Assembly (NCBI GenBank): GCA_963726195.1
Contig: CAVSBO010000016.1
Coordinates: forward strand, 1-64,000
DNA from: Candidatus Thorarchaeota archaeon
GTDB lineage: Archaea > Asgardarchaeota > Thorarchaeia > Thorarchaeales > Thorarchaeaceae
DNA: 64,000 nucleotides
Direction: 5' to 3'
Shown here: positions 1 to 9,749 of the stretch, in pieces
How the letters are laid out: each line of letters starts with the position of its first letter
How positions within the stretch are numbered: position 1 is the stretch's first letter
Made by a program: the position numbers and the translations under genes
The notes under the pieces: model-generated
The model's input: only the letters and a program-made list of their open reading frames with translations
The model's database searches: none
What the model was told of the DNA's origin: nothing

Positions 1-104
1 TACACAATGCTTTTTTCCACGACGCTGGGACCAGCGCCTGAGATGCTGGCCTGTAACATCGGGGTCTCTTGATGCTCTGGGCTCGGTCATGATGAGGTAT
101 TGAA

Positions 105-2134
105 ATGAAGTCGCTAAAACACAATGGCATTCTGGTCATTCGTCCTCCCGAAGCCCATGGTCTCACTATACGTGCACGTGGCAGAGAGCTGACGTTGAAC
201 CCACTCCAAGAGGAAATGGTGGTGGCTTCGGTGAAGAAGCTTAGGCACGCCATATGTCGAGGACCCTGTTTTTGCCAGGAATTTCCTGGCTGATTTCAGC
301 AAAGAATTGGGTATCAGGCCGCCCCTGAAGCTTGAGGGAAGTCGACTTCACTCCTGTTGTACAATTCGTTGAGAAGGATCGTCAGCGAAAGGAGAACATG
401 ACAAGCGAGGAAAAGAAGGCAGACCTAGAGCGGAGGAAAGCCGAGCGCGAGAGGATGAAACAACTCTACGGCTATGCTACCGTCGATGGAGAAGCGATGG
501 AGCTGGCAAACTACACGACTGAACCCTCGGGCATATTCATGGGACGAGGGCAGCATCCCCTCAGAGGTCGCTGGAAGCACGGTGCTCTTGAGAAGGACAT
601 CATCCTGAACCTTGACCCGAACTCTCCGGACCGAAGGGCGATTGGGGCCAGATTGCTTGGGCGCCCGATTGTATGTGGATAGCAAGGTGGACTGACAAGC
701 TTACAGGCAATGGGAAGTACATCTGGCTACACGATGCGACGCCGATAAAACAGGAACGAGAAGAGGCGAAGTTCGACAAGGCCCTCAAGATGGAAGTCAA
801 GAGGGAGGAAATCCGTGCCCACATAATGGATGGTCTTCATTCAAGTGATCCCAAGAGGAGAGAGGTTGCAGCCGCGTGTTATCTGATTGATAGGCTGAGC
901 CTGCGTGTCGGTGATGAGAAAGACCCCGATGAAGCGGACACCGTAGGTGCCACTACACTCAGGGCTGAGCACCTCGCATTCAAGAAAGATTCCGTCCTGT
1001 TCGACTTCCTAGGCAAAGATAGTGTTCCTTGGCACAAGGAGCTTGAAATGCCTCCGGATGTCTATGCGGTCTTCAAAGAGCTGCATGACAAGGCGGTTGA
1101 GAGAGTTGATTCCTTCAAGACCCGCGCGAGCAGCAAGACCAGCAGCGACCCAAAGAAGGTTGCTCAGGTATTCTCGCGTGTGCGCAGTACTGATGTTAAC
1201 AAATTCCTTGGTGAGATAGATCCAGACCTGACTGCCAAGGTCTTCAGGACTCTTCGTGCGACCGTCACGATTCGAGATGAGCTCGGAAAAAGCGGTGTCA
1301 AGCGCAGCGACATGGATTTCATCAAGCGGACAGCGTTCAAGCGAGCGAATCTTGAGGTTGCTCGAGTAATGAACCACACGAAGCAGGCCCCAAGAGGCTG
1401 GGCTGCGACTGCGAAACGCTATGAATCAAGAATCGGGGTCGCCGAAGAAAGGGTCGCCAAAGCGAAGAAACAGTTCGATGAAAAGAAGCGCCGGCTAGAC
1501 TGATGTGAAAAGAAAGCAGGCACCCGGGCTCGCGAGGGCTGACGAGCTTGTCTCAAGGCAGAAACAGCTTGTCGAGAAGTACAAGGACTCTGTCTCTCGA
1601 TGGAGAGAGAGGCGCGACAAAGCAAAGGTTGCTTGGGATAACGCTCGAGACGACAAACATCGTACGAGAGTCAGTAGGCGCAAGGGCAAGAGGACCAAGA
1701 AGGAGCGACTTGAAGAAGCTGAAAACCGGGTGGACAATCTGAAGCTGAGGCTGGACAAAGCCGAGGAAGGGCTCGTGAAAGCACGCGAAAGGTACGAGAA
1801 GAGCCGAGCTGCTCTGGAGAAGAAAACGGCGGCCCTTGCTTCCTCCAAGCAGAAGTCAGCTGAGCAGGTTGGCCGAGTCGAGAAGACGGTGAACACGTTC
1901 AAGAATCGAGTCAAGAAGGCCGATGCTGCAAGACAGAAGCTTCAAGATGATTACGACATTGCAAAAAGCACACGCACGTGGAACTTGGGTACATCGCTCA
2001 AATCGTACATCCATCCCAGAGTCGTCTATGACTGGTGCAGAAAGGTGGACATGGACTGGCGGTCCGTCTACTCAAAGACACTCCAAAGGAAGTTCACATG
2101 GGTCGAGCAACCTCGCATCCGTGCCGCCTCATGA
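105..2134 (+). CDS. top1: DNA topoisomerase IB, eukaryote/TACK-Asgard type (split over four ORFs by probable sequencing indels)
   Basis: Motifs run through consecutive ORFs: SLKHNG, NYTTEPSGIFMGRGQHPLRGRWK, IDRLSLRVGDEKD..EADTVG, FDFLGKDS, LTAKVFRT, ARVMNHTK, and the catalytic-Tyr region LGTSLKSYIHPR. Frame breaks at about 243, 335, 630 and 1498. Confidence 0.92.
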
Positions 2135-2234
2135 TAATGAACAGGTGCTTGTGCCCTCGTACGGAGCACATCTAGCCCCTGACCGTATAGCAATGCCATC
2201 GTAATCCGAGGGCTAAGTGAGAAAGAGGATGAAG

Positions 2235-2357
2235 TGGTGCGTCTGCCGGGAATCGAACCCGGGCCCGAGCCTTGGAAGGGCTCAATCATAGCCCCTTAGT
2301 CTCACACTAGCCGCCTGTTGGATTGTCTTCAGGCTAATGTGACTAGACTACAGTCGC
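2235..2357 (-). tRNA. tRNA-Gly(TCC) with a 48-nt D-loop intron (2296-2343, position 14/15); CCA encoded
   Basis: Anticodon arm GAGCC-CT-TCC-AA-GGCTC and T arm CCGGG-TTCGATT-CCCGG. The BHB motif has central helix AGTC/GACT with TA|G and AA|G bulges. The acceptor stem has an A4-A69 mismatch. Confidence 0.88.
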
Positions 2358-2443
2358 GCCATTTCTGCCCATAAGCCAGCCGGCGTGATTTAAAGTTATT
2401 CGATGGTCATCATTGTCATGCTGAAGAAAAACTGCATGTCTCA

Positions 2444-3157
2444 CTAGCTTGAGAACCGCTTTCGGCTGATGCCCGTCCTCAATGAATAGGTCCATAGTAC
2501 CTCCGCACAAACGTGCCATGCCATCATGACCTCACCATCAAGGCTCACGTGTTCTTTGAACAGCTGTGGTATGGACTTGTCGAAATCGCCGTGAGGAAAG
2601 GCTCCGATACCAACAACGACTGACGTGTCTAGATTCTCTGGAAAAAGCGACACGAGAGCGTCAATGGTAGTCTTCTTTCCGTCCTCGACGGCCAGGATTG
2701 TCAGCGCATCATTCTCTTTCCCTGACAGTTGTGAGATTAGCTCTGGCAGTCTCTGGCTGGTCACCCTCATCAGGGAAGGTCCCTCGGGCGGAACTGAACC
2801 CACAGTCAGAAGCTGCTCCACAAGTCCCACGAATCTTTCGTAATTGCGCGGCAGTCGGACATCCGGTCTTATCTCAACAATACGATTGTCCTGCAGATGC
2901 AGGTGAATAGTGAGCAGTCCTTCCTTGCACAGGGGCGACTCAAGCATTGACATCAGGCTAAGAAAGACAATGTCAGGTCTGCCACGGCGATCGAAATCTT
3001 GGAGCCGCGTCATCGACCGACCATGGTGCGTTTGATCGAGCAGGACCTCGGGAGGCTTCTTTCCCTTCAGCGATGCGAATCTCTGTATCTCCTTGAGCCT
3101 AGTTAGCTCTGGCGGAACGAGTTCGAGTGGGCACTCCAACAACACAATGTGCAGCAA
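2444..3157 (-). CDS. nep1: 16S rRNA pseudouridine N1-methyltransferase Nep1/Emg1
   Basis: RRGRPDIV, RLPRNYERFVGL and IGAFPHGDF motifs. Confidence 0.93.
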   Translation of the reverse strand: MLHIVLLECPLELVPPELTRLKEIQRFASLKGKKPPEVLLDQTHHGRSMTRLQDFDRRGRPDIVFLSLMSMLESPLCKEGLLTIHLHLQDNRIVEIRPDVRLPRNYERFVGLVEQLLTVGSVPPEGPSLMRVTSQRLPELISQLSGKENDALTILAVEDGKKTTIDALVSLFPENLDTSVVVGIGAFPHGDFDKSIPQLFKEHVSLDGEVMMAWHVCAEVLWTYSLRTGISRKRFSS

Positions 3158-3231
3158 TTCGCTAGCCGTCGGTACTCTTTCTGGCGAATGATTTAAGGAG
3201 TGCGTCCGCTTTGAGTATTTGGCATGACTTG

Positions 3232-3564
3232 ATGGCTAAGAGAGCTCCACCAAAGGCCGAGATAAGAAAGCTGGCCCAAGATAGGATCGAGATACTCTGG
3301 GCGCAGTCTCTCAGTGTAGCGGAGACTAGACCTGATCTTGCACGCCGCTGGATGAGCATCGCCAAAGCCCTAGGTCGGAGAACACGCGTAAAGATGCCAC
3401 GTCATATCAGCAGGAGGCTCTGCAAGAAGTGTGGCTCGGTACTTATACCGGGACAGACCTGCAGAGTTCGCGTGAGAAATAACAGATCTACTCATGTTTC
3501 GGTGACCTGTCTCAATTGCGGAGCAATCAGAAGATTTCCTGTGACGCGTGCGGCGTCTGCTTGA
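3232..3564 (+). CDS. rnp4: Ribonuclease P protein component 4 (Rpp21/Rpr2)
   Basis: AQDRIEIL followed by CKKC..LIPG..CRVR..CLNCG..RRFP zinc ribbon. Confidence 0.93.
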   Translation: MAKRAPPKAEIRKLAQDRIEILWAQSLSVAETRPDLARRWMSIAKALGRRTRVKMPRHISRRLCKKCGSVLIPGQTCRVRVRNNRSTHVSVTCLNCGAIRRFPVTRAASA

Positions 3565-3598
3565 AACTTGGGCAAATCGTTTTGTGATGAGAGATAGG

Positions 3599-4405
3599 CT
3601 AGGCAATGATGCTTAGAAGCATCATGGCGCCTAGGACTATGAAAATCATTGCAATAATCCTACCGAGCGCTTCCTCACCCAGTCTATTTGCCGCCACAGC
3701 GCTGAGACGAACTGAAATCAGAGCCCCTACACTAATGATTAGCGCCGCGACCAGTTCCAGATTACCGCGAATGTAGTAGCCAGCTGCACCTGACGCTGCG
3801 GTAATCGCCATGATGAGTGTTGATGTTCCAATTGCGACGTGGAGTTCGTAACCTAAAACAAAAAGAAGAACAAGAAGAAACAGATTTCCGCCCCCTGCGC
3901 CGACAAAGCCGCTTGCAATCCCAATTCCAAATCCAAGCAGAACGGACGCGACAATCGCTCCTCTTCGTCTGGCCATGTCCTTGTTTCCATCGGAAGGTCT
4001 GCTGCTTCTGACTCTGTGTACTCCTCTCTTCAGGATGTATGCGCCATTTATGATGAGGAAAGCTCCGAAGGCCCAAGTTAGGCCGAAGCCGGGCGTCGAA
4101 GCCGCGATGAGGCTGCCGAGTTGCGCGCCGACAACCGCTGCGATTGCCATCCCTACTCCTCTAGACATGTCGAGGTTCTTGTTTTGATGGTATGTGTAAG
4201 AGGCGAGCAGCGAGGCCATGACGTCAACGAAAAGACTCGTTCCTATCGCTAGATGCACAGGAAAGCCCGCGAAAAAGATCAGCGCGGGAACTACAACTGA
4301 AACTCCACTTCCGCCCATTATCCCAGTGATTGCCCCAGCGCACAGCCCAATTGAGACGAGCAAGGAGATCCAGAACAGAGGATTAGCCAGTATATCCAAA
4401 GCCAA
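3599..4405 (-). CDS. TSUP / TauE-SafE family membrane transporter
   Basis: About 8 TM helices; repeated G..GG.G and AIGTSL/AIGTST motifs. Confidence 0.85.
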   Translation of the reverse strand: MALDILANPLFWISLLVSIGLCAGAITGIMGGSGVSVVVPALIFFAGFPVHLAIGTSLFVDVMASLLASYTYHQNKNLDMSRGVGMAIAAVVGAQLGSLIAASTPGFGLTWAFGAFLIINGAYILKRGVHRVRSSRPSDGNKDMARRRGAIVASVLLGFGIGIASGFVGAGGGNLFLLVLLFVLGYELHVAIGTSTLIMAITAASGAAGYYIRGNLELVAALIISVGALISVRLSAVAANRLGEEALGRIIAMIFIVLGAMMLLSIIA

Positions 4406-4486
4406 CCACCGGTAAGTAACACATCTTGTTCATTTTTGCGGTTTCCTCCGCATTATGAATGCATCTCCACCGTCAGAAGAAGAAGC

Positions 4487-5659
4487 TTAGTCAACTACCT
4501 GCGACCAAAGTCGCGGGCTTGCCACTGCGATCCGCGGTAGGAATTCCACCTCGTCATTTCGCGCGACGTTCGGGCGGTTGACTTTCGCCCTCCCGACCAC
4601 AGCATTGCCATGGTCGGATATGTTCCTTGCGGCATTCAAGTCTGCGTGAATCGAGAACCCACATTGCTTGCACACGAACTCGGAGCCGTGCCGATTGCTC
4701 TTGGCAACGTGCCCGCATCGCGTGCACCGCTGGCTCGTGTACTTCGGGCTTACGAAGAGGACCATTTTGCCCCTTTCGAGTGCCTTGTTCTCCAGAATCC
4801 GCTGGAGCTGATAGTATGCCCAGTTCGCAAACTTCTTGCGGGCATGCTTGCCAATGCGATGTTCTTTCCTGCTGTTGGTCTTGATGCCCTTCAAGTCCTC
4901 TAAGACGATACAATCGAACGGCTTGGCCACTAGCCATGATGCAATCCTGTAATTCTCTCCAGTCATGAACCGTCTTTCCCGCCCCGCGAGCGCCTTGAGC
5001 TTTCGCTTGCAGCGGCGGGTGCCTCTTGATTGGAGAGATTGCCGCAAATACTGGTACTTGTATTTCATGTTCTTGATGTGGTTAGAACTGTAGAAGGTGT
5101 TGTCCGACGCTACGACCGCGTTGTTGATGCCGCGATCCACGCCTAGGAACGTGACCGGGTGGTCATTCACGGCGGGATCGGGTATCTCGATGTTTAGAAA
5201 CGCGATGACCTTGTCTTTCTTTACCTTGAGCACTACCGCGTTCACGGTCGAGAATTGATACTTCCTGAAATACTCTGGAATGAGGAGCGGATACATCTTG
5301 CGCCCATTAATGGTCGAAATGGAGATTCCTCCGCTCTCCAAGAACGGAGTGAATGTGCGCTGGTTCAGCCGTATCGAAGACATCGGTCTCTTTACTGGCT
5401 TCTTGCATTTCCAGTTCTTCTTGTTGGCCAGTTTCAGCGATGCCGATGCCATGTCACGCGCACATTGCACAAGAGATGATTGCAGGCGCGGCAGTCGTTC
5501 CCGGATGGATGCGTAGGTCGCCGCGTGGAGGACCTTCTTGTTGTACGTTCTCCGATTCCATCCGGCACCGATAGCATCGTTCGCCGCTTCGTTGTACTGG
5601 CGGATGGTCTCGGCCAGAGACGGGTCGAGCGGCAACGGACATTGGATAGTGCGTATCAT
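4487..5659 (-). CDS. tnpB: RNA-guided endonuclease TnpB (390 aa; start MIRTIQ)
   Basis: RuvC motifs GVDRG / VLEDL / HADLNAARNI; zinc finger CTRC..CKQC. Confidence 0.93.
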   Translation of the reverse strand: MIRTIQCPLPLDPSLAETIRQYNEAANDAIGAGWNRRTYNKKVLHAATYASIRERLPRLQSSLVQCARDMASASLKLANKKNWKCKKPVKRPMSSIRLNQRTFTPFLESGGISISTINGRKMYPLLIPEYFRKYQFSTVNAVVLKVKKDKVIAFLNIEIPDPAVNDHPVTFLGVDRGINNAVVASDNTFYSSNHIKNMKYKYQYLRQSLQSRGTRRCKRKLKALAGRERRFMTGENYRIASWLVAKPFDCIVLEDLKGIKTNSRKEHRIGKHARKKFANWAYYQLQRILENKALERGKMVLFVSPKYTSQRCTRCGHVAKSNRHGSEFVCKQCGFSIHADLNAARNISDHGNAVVGRAKVNRPNVARNDEVEFLPRIAVASPRLWSQVVD

Positions 5660-5760
5660 GGCTTGGTTGTTACCGTGTACTTCATTAGAGCTTAAATCCT
5701 CGTATCCCGCAGCGGCGATTCCTCCTCCGAAGTCGGAGGGTCTCTTCGTCGTGTTTCTTT
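4490..5760 (-). mobile_element. IS200/IS605-family non-autonomous element #1 (tnpB only)
   Basis: LE hairpin CCTCCGA-CT-TCGGAGG (about 5723-5738). RE reads CAAG, hairpin CCCGCGAC-TTTG-GTCGCAGG, then TAGTTGAC. No intact tnpA. Confidence 0.85.
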
Positions 5761-5792
5761 GTGAAGGACCTACGTGTGGGCAGCGGAACGAT

Positions 5793-6089
5793 ATGACCAC
5801 GAACAAGCCAGACCCTGTCAAAGTGGGAATCGCTTGGCAAGACCCAGCCATGATGCAGATAGGCAAGTCCGGAATGACGGACGGGGTAATTGAAGAAGCC
5901 AAGCGCCTTCTGAAGAAGCACAAGTACGTAAAGGTTCGGCTTCTTCACAGCTCGATAGGGGAGACCGACTCCAAGCAGGCCCTGTTTGAGAGCCTCTGTG
6001 CGAAGGCAGGAGCAATGCTGATCGGCATTAGAGGAAACACGGCTGTCATGTTCAGAGTTCGCTCGATGCCTCTCAGAAAGAAGCAGTAA
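5793..6089 (+). CDS. yhbY: YhbY/CRM-domain RNA-binding protein
   Basis: MQIGKSGMTDGVIEE..LKKHKYVKVRL..IRGNTAVMFR; usual neighbour of rpp21 and rps19e. Confidence 0.88.
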   Translation: MTTNKPDPVKVGIAWQDPAMMQIGKSGMTDGVIEEAKRLLKKHKYVKVRLLHSSIGETDSKQALFESLCAKAGAMLIGIRGNTAVMFRVRSMPLRKKQ

Positions 6090-6334
6090 TGGACGCGCCG
6101 GCCCGGAGCCAGATGATTTTCGAGCAGGGATGGCGGGCCTACGGGTTACAGGCTGATAGTGAAAACATAGAGAAACTAGGCCATCAAGTACCGAGTCTGT
6201 ACATGCATTGAACAGTACAGCCGCCGGCATCGAATTAGGCCTTCCAGCACAAACACGGCGAGGCAGACGAATCAACAACGCTTCGAGGCATCTTAATAAG
6301 ACGAAAACGTGGTGACCAGAAGTGAAGGGGAGGG

Positions 6335-7276
6335 ATGTGTTCTCGTATGGAACAGTCAGTCGTTGAAGCCGCAGGACTATCGAAGAGGTATGGTCAGGTT
6401 CAAGCCCTTGATGGACTTTCACTCAAAATACCCCCGGGAATATCAGGAATTCTTGGACCCAACGGTGCAGGAAAGACGACACTGTTGAAGGTCCTGTTGG
6501 GGCTTGTCAGGGCGGACGCGGGTGAAGCTCAGGTCCTAGGTTTTGATGTTCGACGCGACTCTTTGGAAATCAGACGCAATAGCGGGGTGCTGCATGAGCG
6601 ACCTTTCTACCCAAAGGATTTGACAGTATCTGAGTATCTCAGGAAGGTATCTCTTCTCTACGACGAGTGTATTGACACTGAAGAGGTTCTTTCGGCTGTC
6701 GGACTCACAAACGCCAGCGAACGCCCGATTCATGCGCTGTCAGCCGGGATGTACCAGAGGTTGGGGATTGCCCAAGCGATGATTGGACGACCCAAGCTGG
6801 TGTTTCTCGACGAGCCCACCTCGAATCTTGATGTTATTGGGCGCGACCAGATACTGAACATGATTCTTGAGACCTACAACCAGAGCCATGTATCGTTCAT
6901 CATTTCCTCTCATATTCTGTCTGAGGTCGAGCGACTGTGCCACTATGTCGCTTTTGTTCGGAACGGGCAAGTAATCGAGAGCGGCACTGTTAAGGACATA
7001 ATCGACGCTCGAACATCGAGGAGATACAGGGTCTCGCTCTCTGATCCTGCGAGTCTTCTAGGTCAGATGGAGAGCTTGGATTCGGTGTCAACGGCTAGAG
7101 TGGACGGCGCCCATTCAATCTCCATCACGATTGATTCAGGAGAGATGCAGCATGTGGAGATGGAGATCAGACAAATCGCCCAGCAGATGGGCATCGAAAT
7201 CTATGGTTTCGTACGCGCATGCACACTGGAGGACGCCTTCAGGGAGGTCATGACGAATGACAATTCGAATTCGTAA
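6335..7276 (+). CDS. ABC-2 type exporter, ATP-binding subunit
   Basis: Walker A GPNGAGKTT, signature LSAGM, Walker B VFLDEPT, SSH loop. Confidence 0.93.
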   Translation: MCSRMEQSVVEAAGLSKRYGQVQALDGLSLKIPPGISGILGPNGAGKTTLLKVLLGLVRADAGEAQVLGFDVRRDSLEIRRNSGVLHERPFYPKDLTVSEYLRKVSLLYDECIDTEEVLSAVGLTNASERPIHALSAGMYQRLGIAQAMIGRPKLVFLDEPTSNLDVIGRDQILNMILETYNQSHVSFIISSHILSEVERLCHYVAFVRNGQVIESGTVKDIIDARTSRRYRVSLSDPASLLGQMESLDSVSTARVDGAHSISITIDSGEMQHVEMEIRQIAQQMGIEIYGFVRACTLEDAFREVMTNDNSNS

Positions 7277-8063
7277 GAGTCTGGCCCTCCTTAGGTTTGA
7301 GCTTGGTACTCACTATCGTTTTCCCATCGTAGAGTCTGTGATTGCCTTTGTGCTCGGACTGTCTTTGGTAGTCATCATTGCTTCTGCGCAAGACCTTCAT
7401 CTATCAATCACCCATGGTCCTGCTTGGAATGGCAGTGAACAGGCTGACTACTTTCTTGAGATTGCTCGAACAACTGCGGTATCGGTCTTCTCCGTCACAG
7501 GCGATTTGCTATCATACGTCGTAGCCTTCGTAGTACCAATGATTGTGGGATTCAACTTGGGCAAGGGTATAGAGAATGGGTTTGCTGAAACGACGGTGTC
7601 ATACCCTGTTAGCAGAAGAAGCTTGATTGCCGTCAAGGCTGCCGCCTTGATTAGTCTGGTGCTGATCTGTGGCTTAGGCATTCCCTTCCTGTGCAATCTG
7701 CTGTTCATACCCTCGGAAAAGCCTGCCGACTCATTTCTGCTAGTCGCATTCTCGTTCTCTGCTTACACCGTGCTCGTGGCATCAACTTCCCTGCTCCTAT
7801 CAATCATAGGAAGGAGAGCATCTGCATCTGCAGTTGGAGGCACGGCAATGTGGCTTCTCCTACTTCTAATCGTCTCCACTACTGATCGGTATCCCCTAGT
7901 TCGCGGAATCATAAACCCAGTACAGATAGCAAGCGACTATCTTTTCCGAGGCACGACAGGCCCTCTCTTTGCAGATGTGTTGATATCCAGTGCAATGTGT
8001 CTGCTGCTTGGCGTCTTGGTACTCGTCGCGTGCATTCTGCTTTTTGAGCGAGCAGACCTGTGA
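7257..8063 (+). CDS. ABC-2 type transporter permease
   Basis: Six TM segments; ENG..ETTVSYPVSR motif; overlaps the ATPase gene. Confidence 0.85.
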   Translation: MTIRIRKSLALLRFELGTHYRFPIVESVIAFVLGLSLVVIIASAQDLHLSITHGPAWNGSEQADYFLEIARTTAVSVFSVTGDLLSYVVAFVVPMIVGFNLGKGIENGFAETTVSYPVSRRSLIAVKAAALISLVLICGLGIPFLCNLLFIPSEKPADSFLLVAFSFSAYTVLVASTSLLLSIIGRRASASAVGGTAMWLLLLLIVSTTDRYPLVRGIINPVQIASDYLFRGTTGPLFADVLISSAMCLLLGVLVLVACILLFERADL

Positions 8064-8076
8064 GGAGAGTCATGAC

Positions 8077-8613
8077 ATGCGGCTTGGAAAGGCTTTGATC
8101 GTAATTGGTGTGGTCCTTATAGCGGCATCTTTCTCACGGCTCACGACCTATGAAGGGTTTGGCGGAAACGTGGCACACGGTGATTATGAGGGGATTATAG
8201 TGAAAAATGCGGGCTGCTTTGGACTGGAGGTGCACCTTACCGATGGCCACCCCTTCAATCTCTATGTATTAGGCTTCGAAGAGGCAATCTCTGTAGTCAA
8301 GGGCGGCAACATATCTGGCGTTTCCTCATTGTACAAGTGGGAGAACATTACGGGGTTCTCTGGGAGCATATCGGTTATGGAACCCGGATGGTACGCTGTT
8401 CTTCTCTCACCTTTTTGGAATGAAACCGTCGGTTATGAGGTAACCGTCTCAGGAGCAATTCCCAACCCCAGCATAATCCTGACGGGCGTTATTGCTTGTG
8501 CAGCTGGGGTTGTGACTATCGTCTTGAACAGAATGCTTCACGCACGAAAGAAGGCTAGAGCTGGAATCTCCGGGCTGCCGAGTACTTCACTAAATCAACC
8601 AAGACAATCATGA
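8077..8613 (+). CDS. Hypothetical membrane protein (N- and C-terminal TM helices flanking a small beta-rich domain)
   Basis: ATG after GAGGAG RBS; operonic with the ABC genes. Confidence 0.65.
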   Translation: MRLGKALIVIGVVLIAASFSRLTTYEGFGGNVAHGDYEGIIVKNAGCFGLEVHLTDGHPFNLYVLGFEEAISVVKGGNISGVSSLYKWENITGFSGSISVMEPGWYAVLLSPFWNETVGYEVTVSGAIPNPSIILTGVIACAAGVVTIVLNRMLHARKKARAGISGLPSTSLNQPRQS

Positions 8614-8682
8614 ACAGTTTGCGGGCAGTAATGCTGCGCTGACTGATGGTAATGCTTTTATGTGCTCTCAGGGGTGGAGTGC

Positions 8683-8740
8683 CAGCCTTCTGAGATAGGC
8701 AACCGGCCCAGTCCGGGTCTGGTGACCGTTTCTCAGGCTG
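8683..8740 (+). promoter_or_regulatory. Long hairpin in the putative 5' leader of rps19e
   Basis: Nested pairs CAGCC/GGCTG, TGAGA/TCTCA, ACCGG/CTGGT and CCC/GGG lie between a TATA-like TTTTAT (about 8656) and the SD GGTGA (about 8745). Confidence 0.45.
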
Positions 8741-8756
8741 ATGTGGTGACAGACCC

Positions 8757-9209
8757 ATGCCCACTGTATATGACATACCCGCCAACATTCTGATACGTCG
8801 TCTGGCTCAAGAGCTCAGGTCTCGAAAGGATATTCAGCCTCCCGAATGGGCTCCTTTCGTAAAGACAGGAGTACACCGTGAGAGACTCCAGATGACCCGG
8901 ACTGGTGGTATGTGAGATGCGCCAGTGTTATGAGGAAAGTGTACATCGAAGGCCCCATCGGCGTAGAGAGACTCAGAATCGAATACGGCGGAAGAAAGAG
9001 ACGCGGCGACAAGCCAGCTGAGGGAGAGAAGAGGTGGAGGATCGATTGTCAGACTCAGTATCCAACAGCTGGAGAGAGCCGGTTTCATCAAGAGACGCGC
9101 CAGCAAAGGACGCGAAATGACGGATATAGGCAGATCATACATGGATAAGTTGTCAGGCACTCTGAAGAGTGAGCTGGCAAAAGCAATACCAGGTCTTGAG
9201 AAGTACTAA
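8757..9209 (+). CDS. rps19e: 30S ribosomal protein S19e (two frame breaks in GA-rich tracts, probably sequencing errors)
   Basis: Manual translation: [24 protein letters not shown] / [27 protein letters not shown] / [21 protein letters not shown]. Confidence 0.92.
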
Positions 9210-9225
9210 TCGAGGACTGGTTTCA

Positions 9226-9558
9226 ATGAGTGACGAAGAAGAGCTCGAAGCGATTCGTCAGAAGAAAATCGCAGCGATGAGAGATCAGGCACTGCAGGAA
9301 CGGTTTCAGGAACAGCAAATCGCAGAAAGAGAAGCCAAGAAGGAGAGCATATTGCGACAAATCCTGACTCCAGAGGCCCGCTCACGGCTCACCAACATCA
9401 GGATGGTGAGACCCCAGTTCGCCGAACAGCTCGAAATGCAGCTTATAGAACTGGCTAGCGCAGGGAAGCTCAAGGAGCAAGTCAGCGACGAACAGCTCAG
9501 AGCACTGCTGGCTCAGATACAAGGGCGCGAAAGAGAAAGGAAAGTGACATTCAGATAG
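9226..9558 (+). CDS. PDCD5/TFAR19-like DNA-binding protein
   Basis: ELEAIRQKK..ILRQILTPEARSRLTNIRMVRP; conserved position after rps19e. Confidence 0.92.
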   Translation: MSDEEELEAIRQKKIAAMRDQALQERFQEQQIAEREAKKESILRQILTPEARSRLTNIRMVRPQFAEQLEMQLIELASAGKLKEQVSDEQLRALLAQIQGRERERKVTFR

Positions 9559-9582
9559 TGCTGCTGCAAAGAGGTGTGTACT

Positions 9583-9738
9583 ATGACAAGAACCAAGACA
9601 CTCGGAAAGAAACTCAGGCTCGCACACGAATTGAGGACCAACAGTAGTGTGCCGACATGGGTGGTAATGAGGACTGGGGGACAGGTCAGGAGAACTCCAG
9701 CGCACCGGCATTGGCGCGAATCGAAGATCAAGCCTTAG
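9583..9738 (+). CDS. rpl39e: 50S ribosomal protein L39e (51 aa, not in the ORF track)
   Basis: MTRTKTLGKKLRLAHELRTNSSVPTWVVMRTGGQVRRTPAHRHWRESKIKP*, with RBS GAGGTG. Confidence 0.92.
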   Translation: MTRTKTLGKKLRLAHELRTNSSVPTWVVMRTGGQVRRTPAHRHWRESKIKP

Positions 9739-9749
9739 TCAGGTGATTA

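Noticed and set aside
5660-5923. N-terminal extensions of the TnpB ORFs in the ORF track (also 15492-15548 and 37490-37540)
   Set aside because: They run through IS left-end hairpins, tnpA remnants or the opposite-strand yhbY gene. The real starts are the MIRT/MILT methionines.
6110-6160. Possible C/D-box sRNA after yhbY
   Set aside because: The C box is non-canonical (GATGATT), and there are no clear C'/D' boxes or identifiable target.
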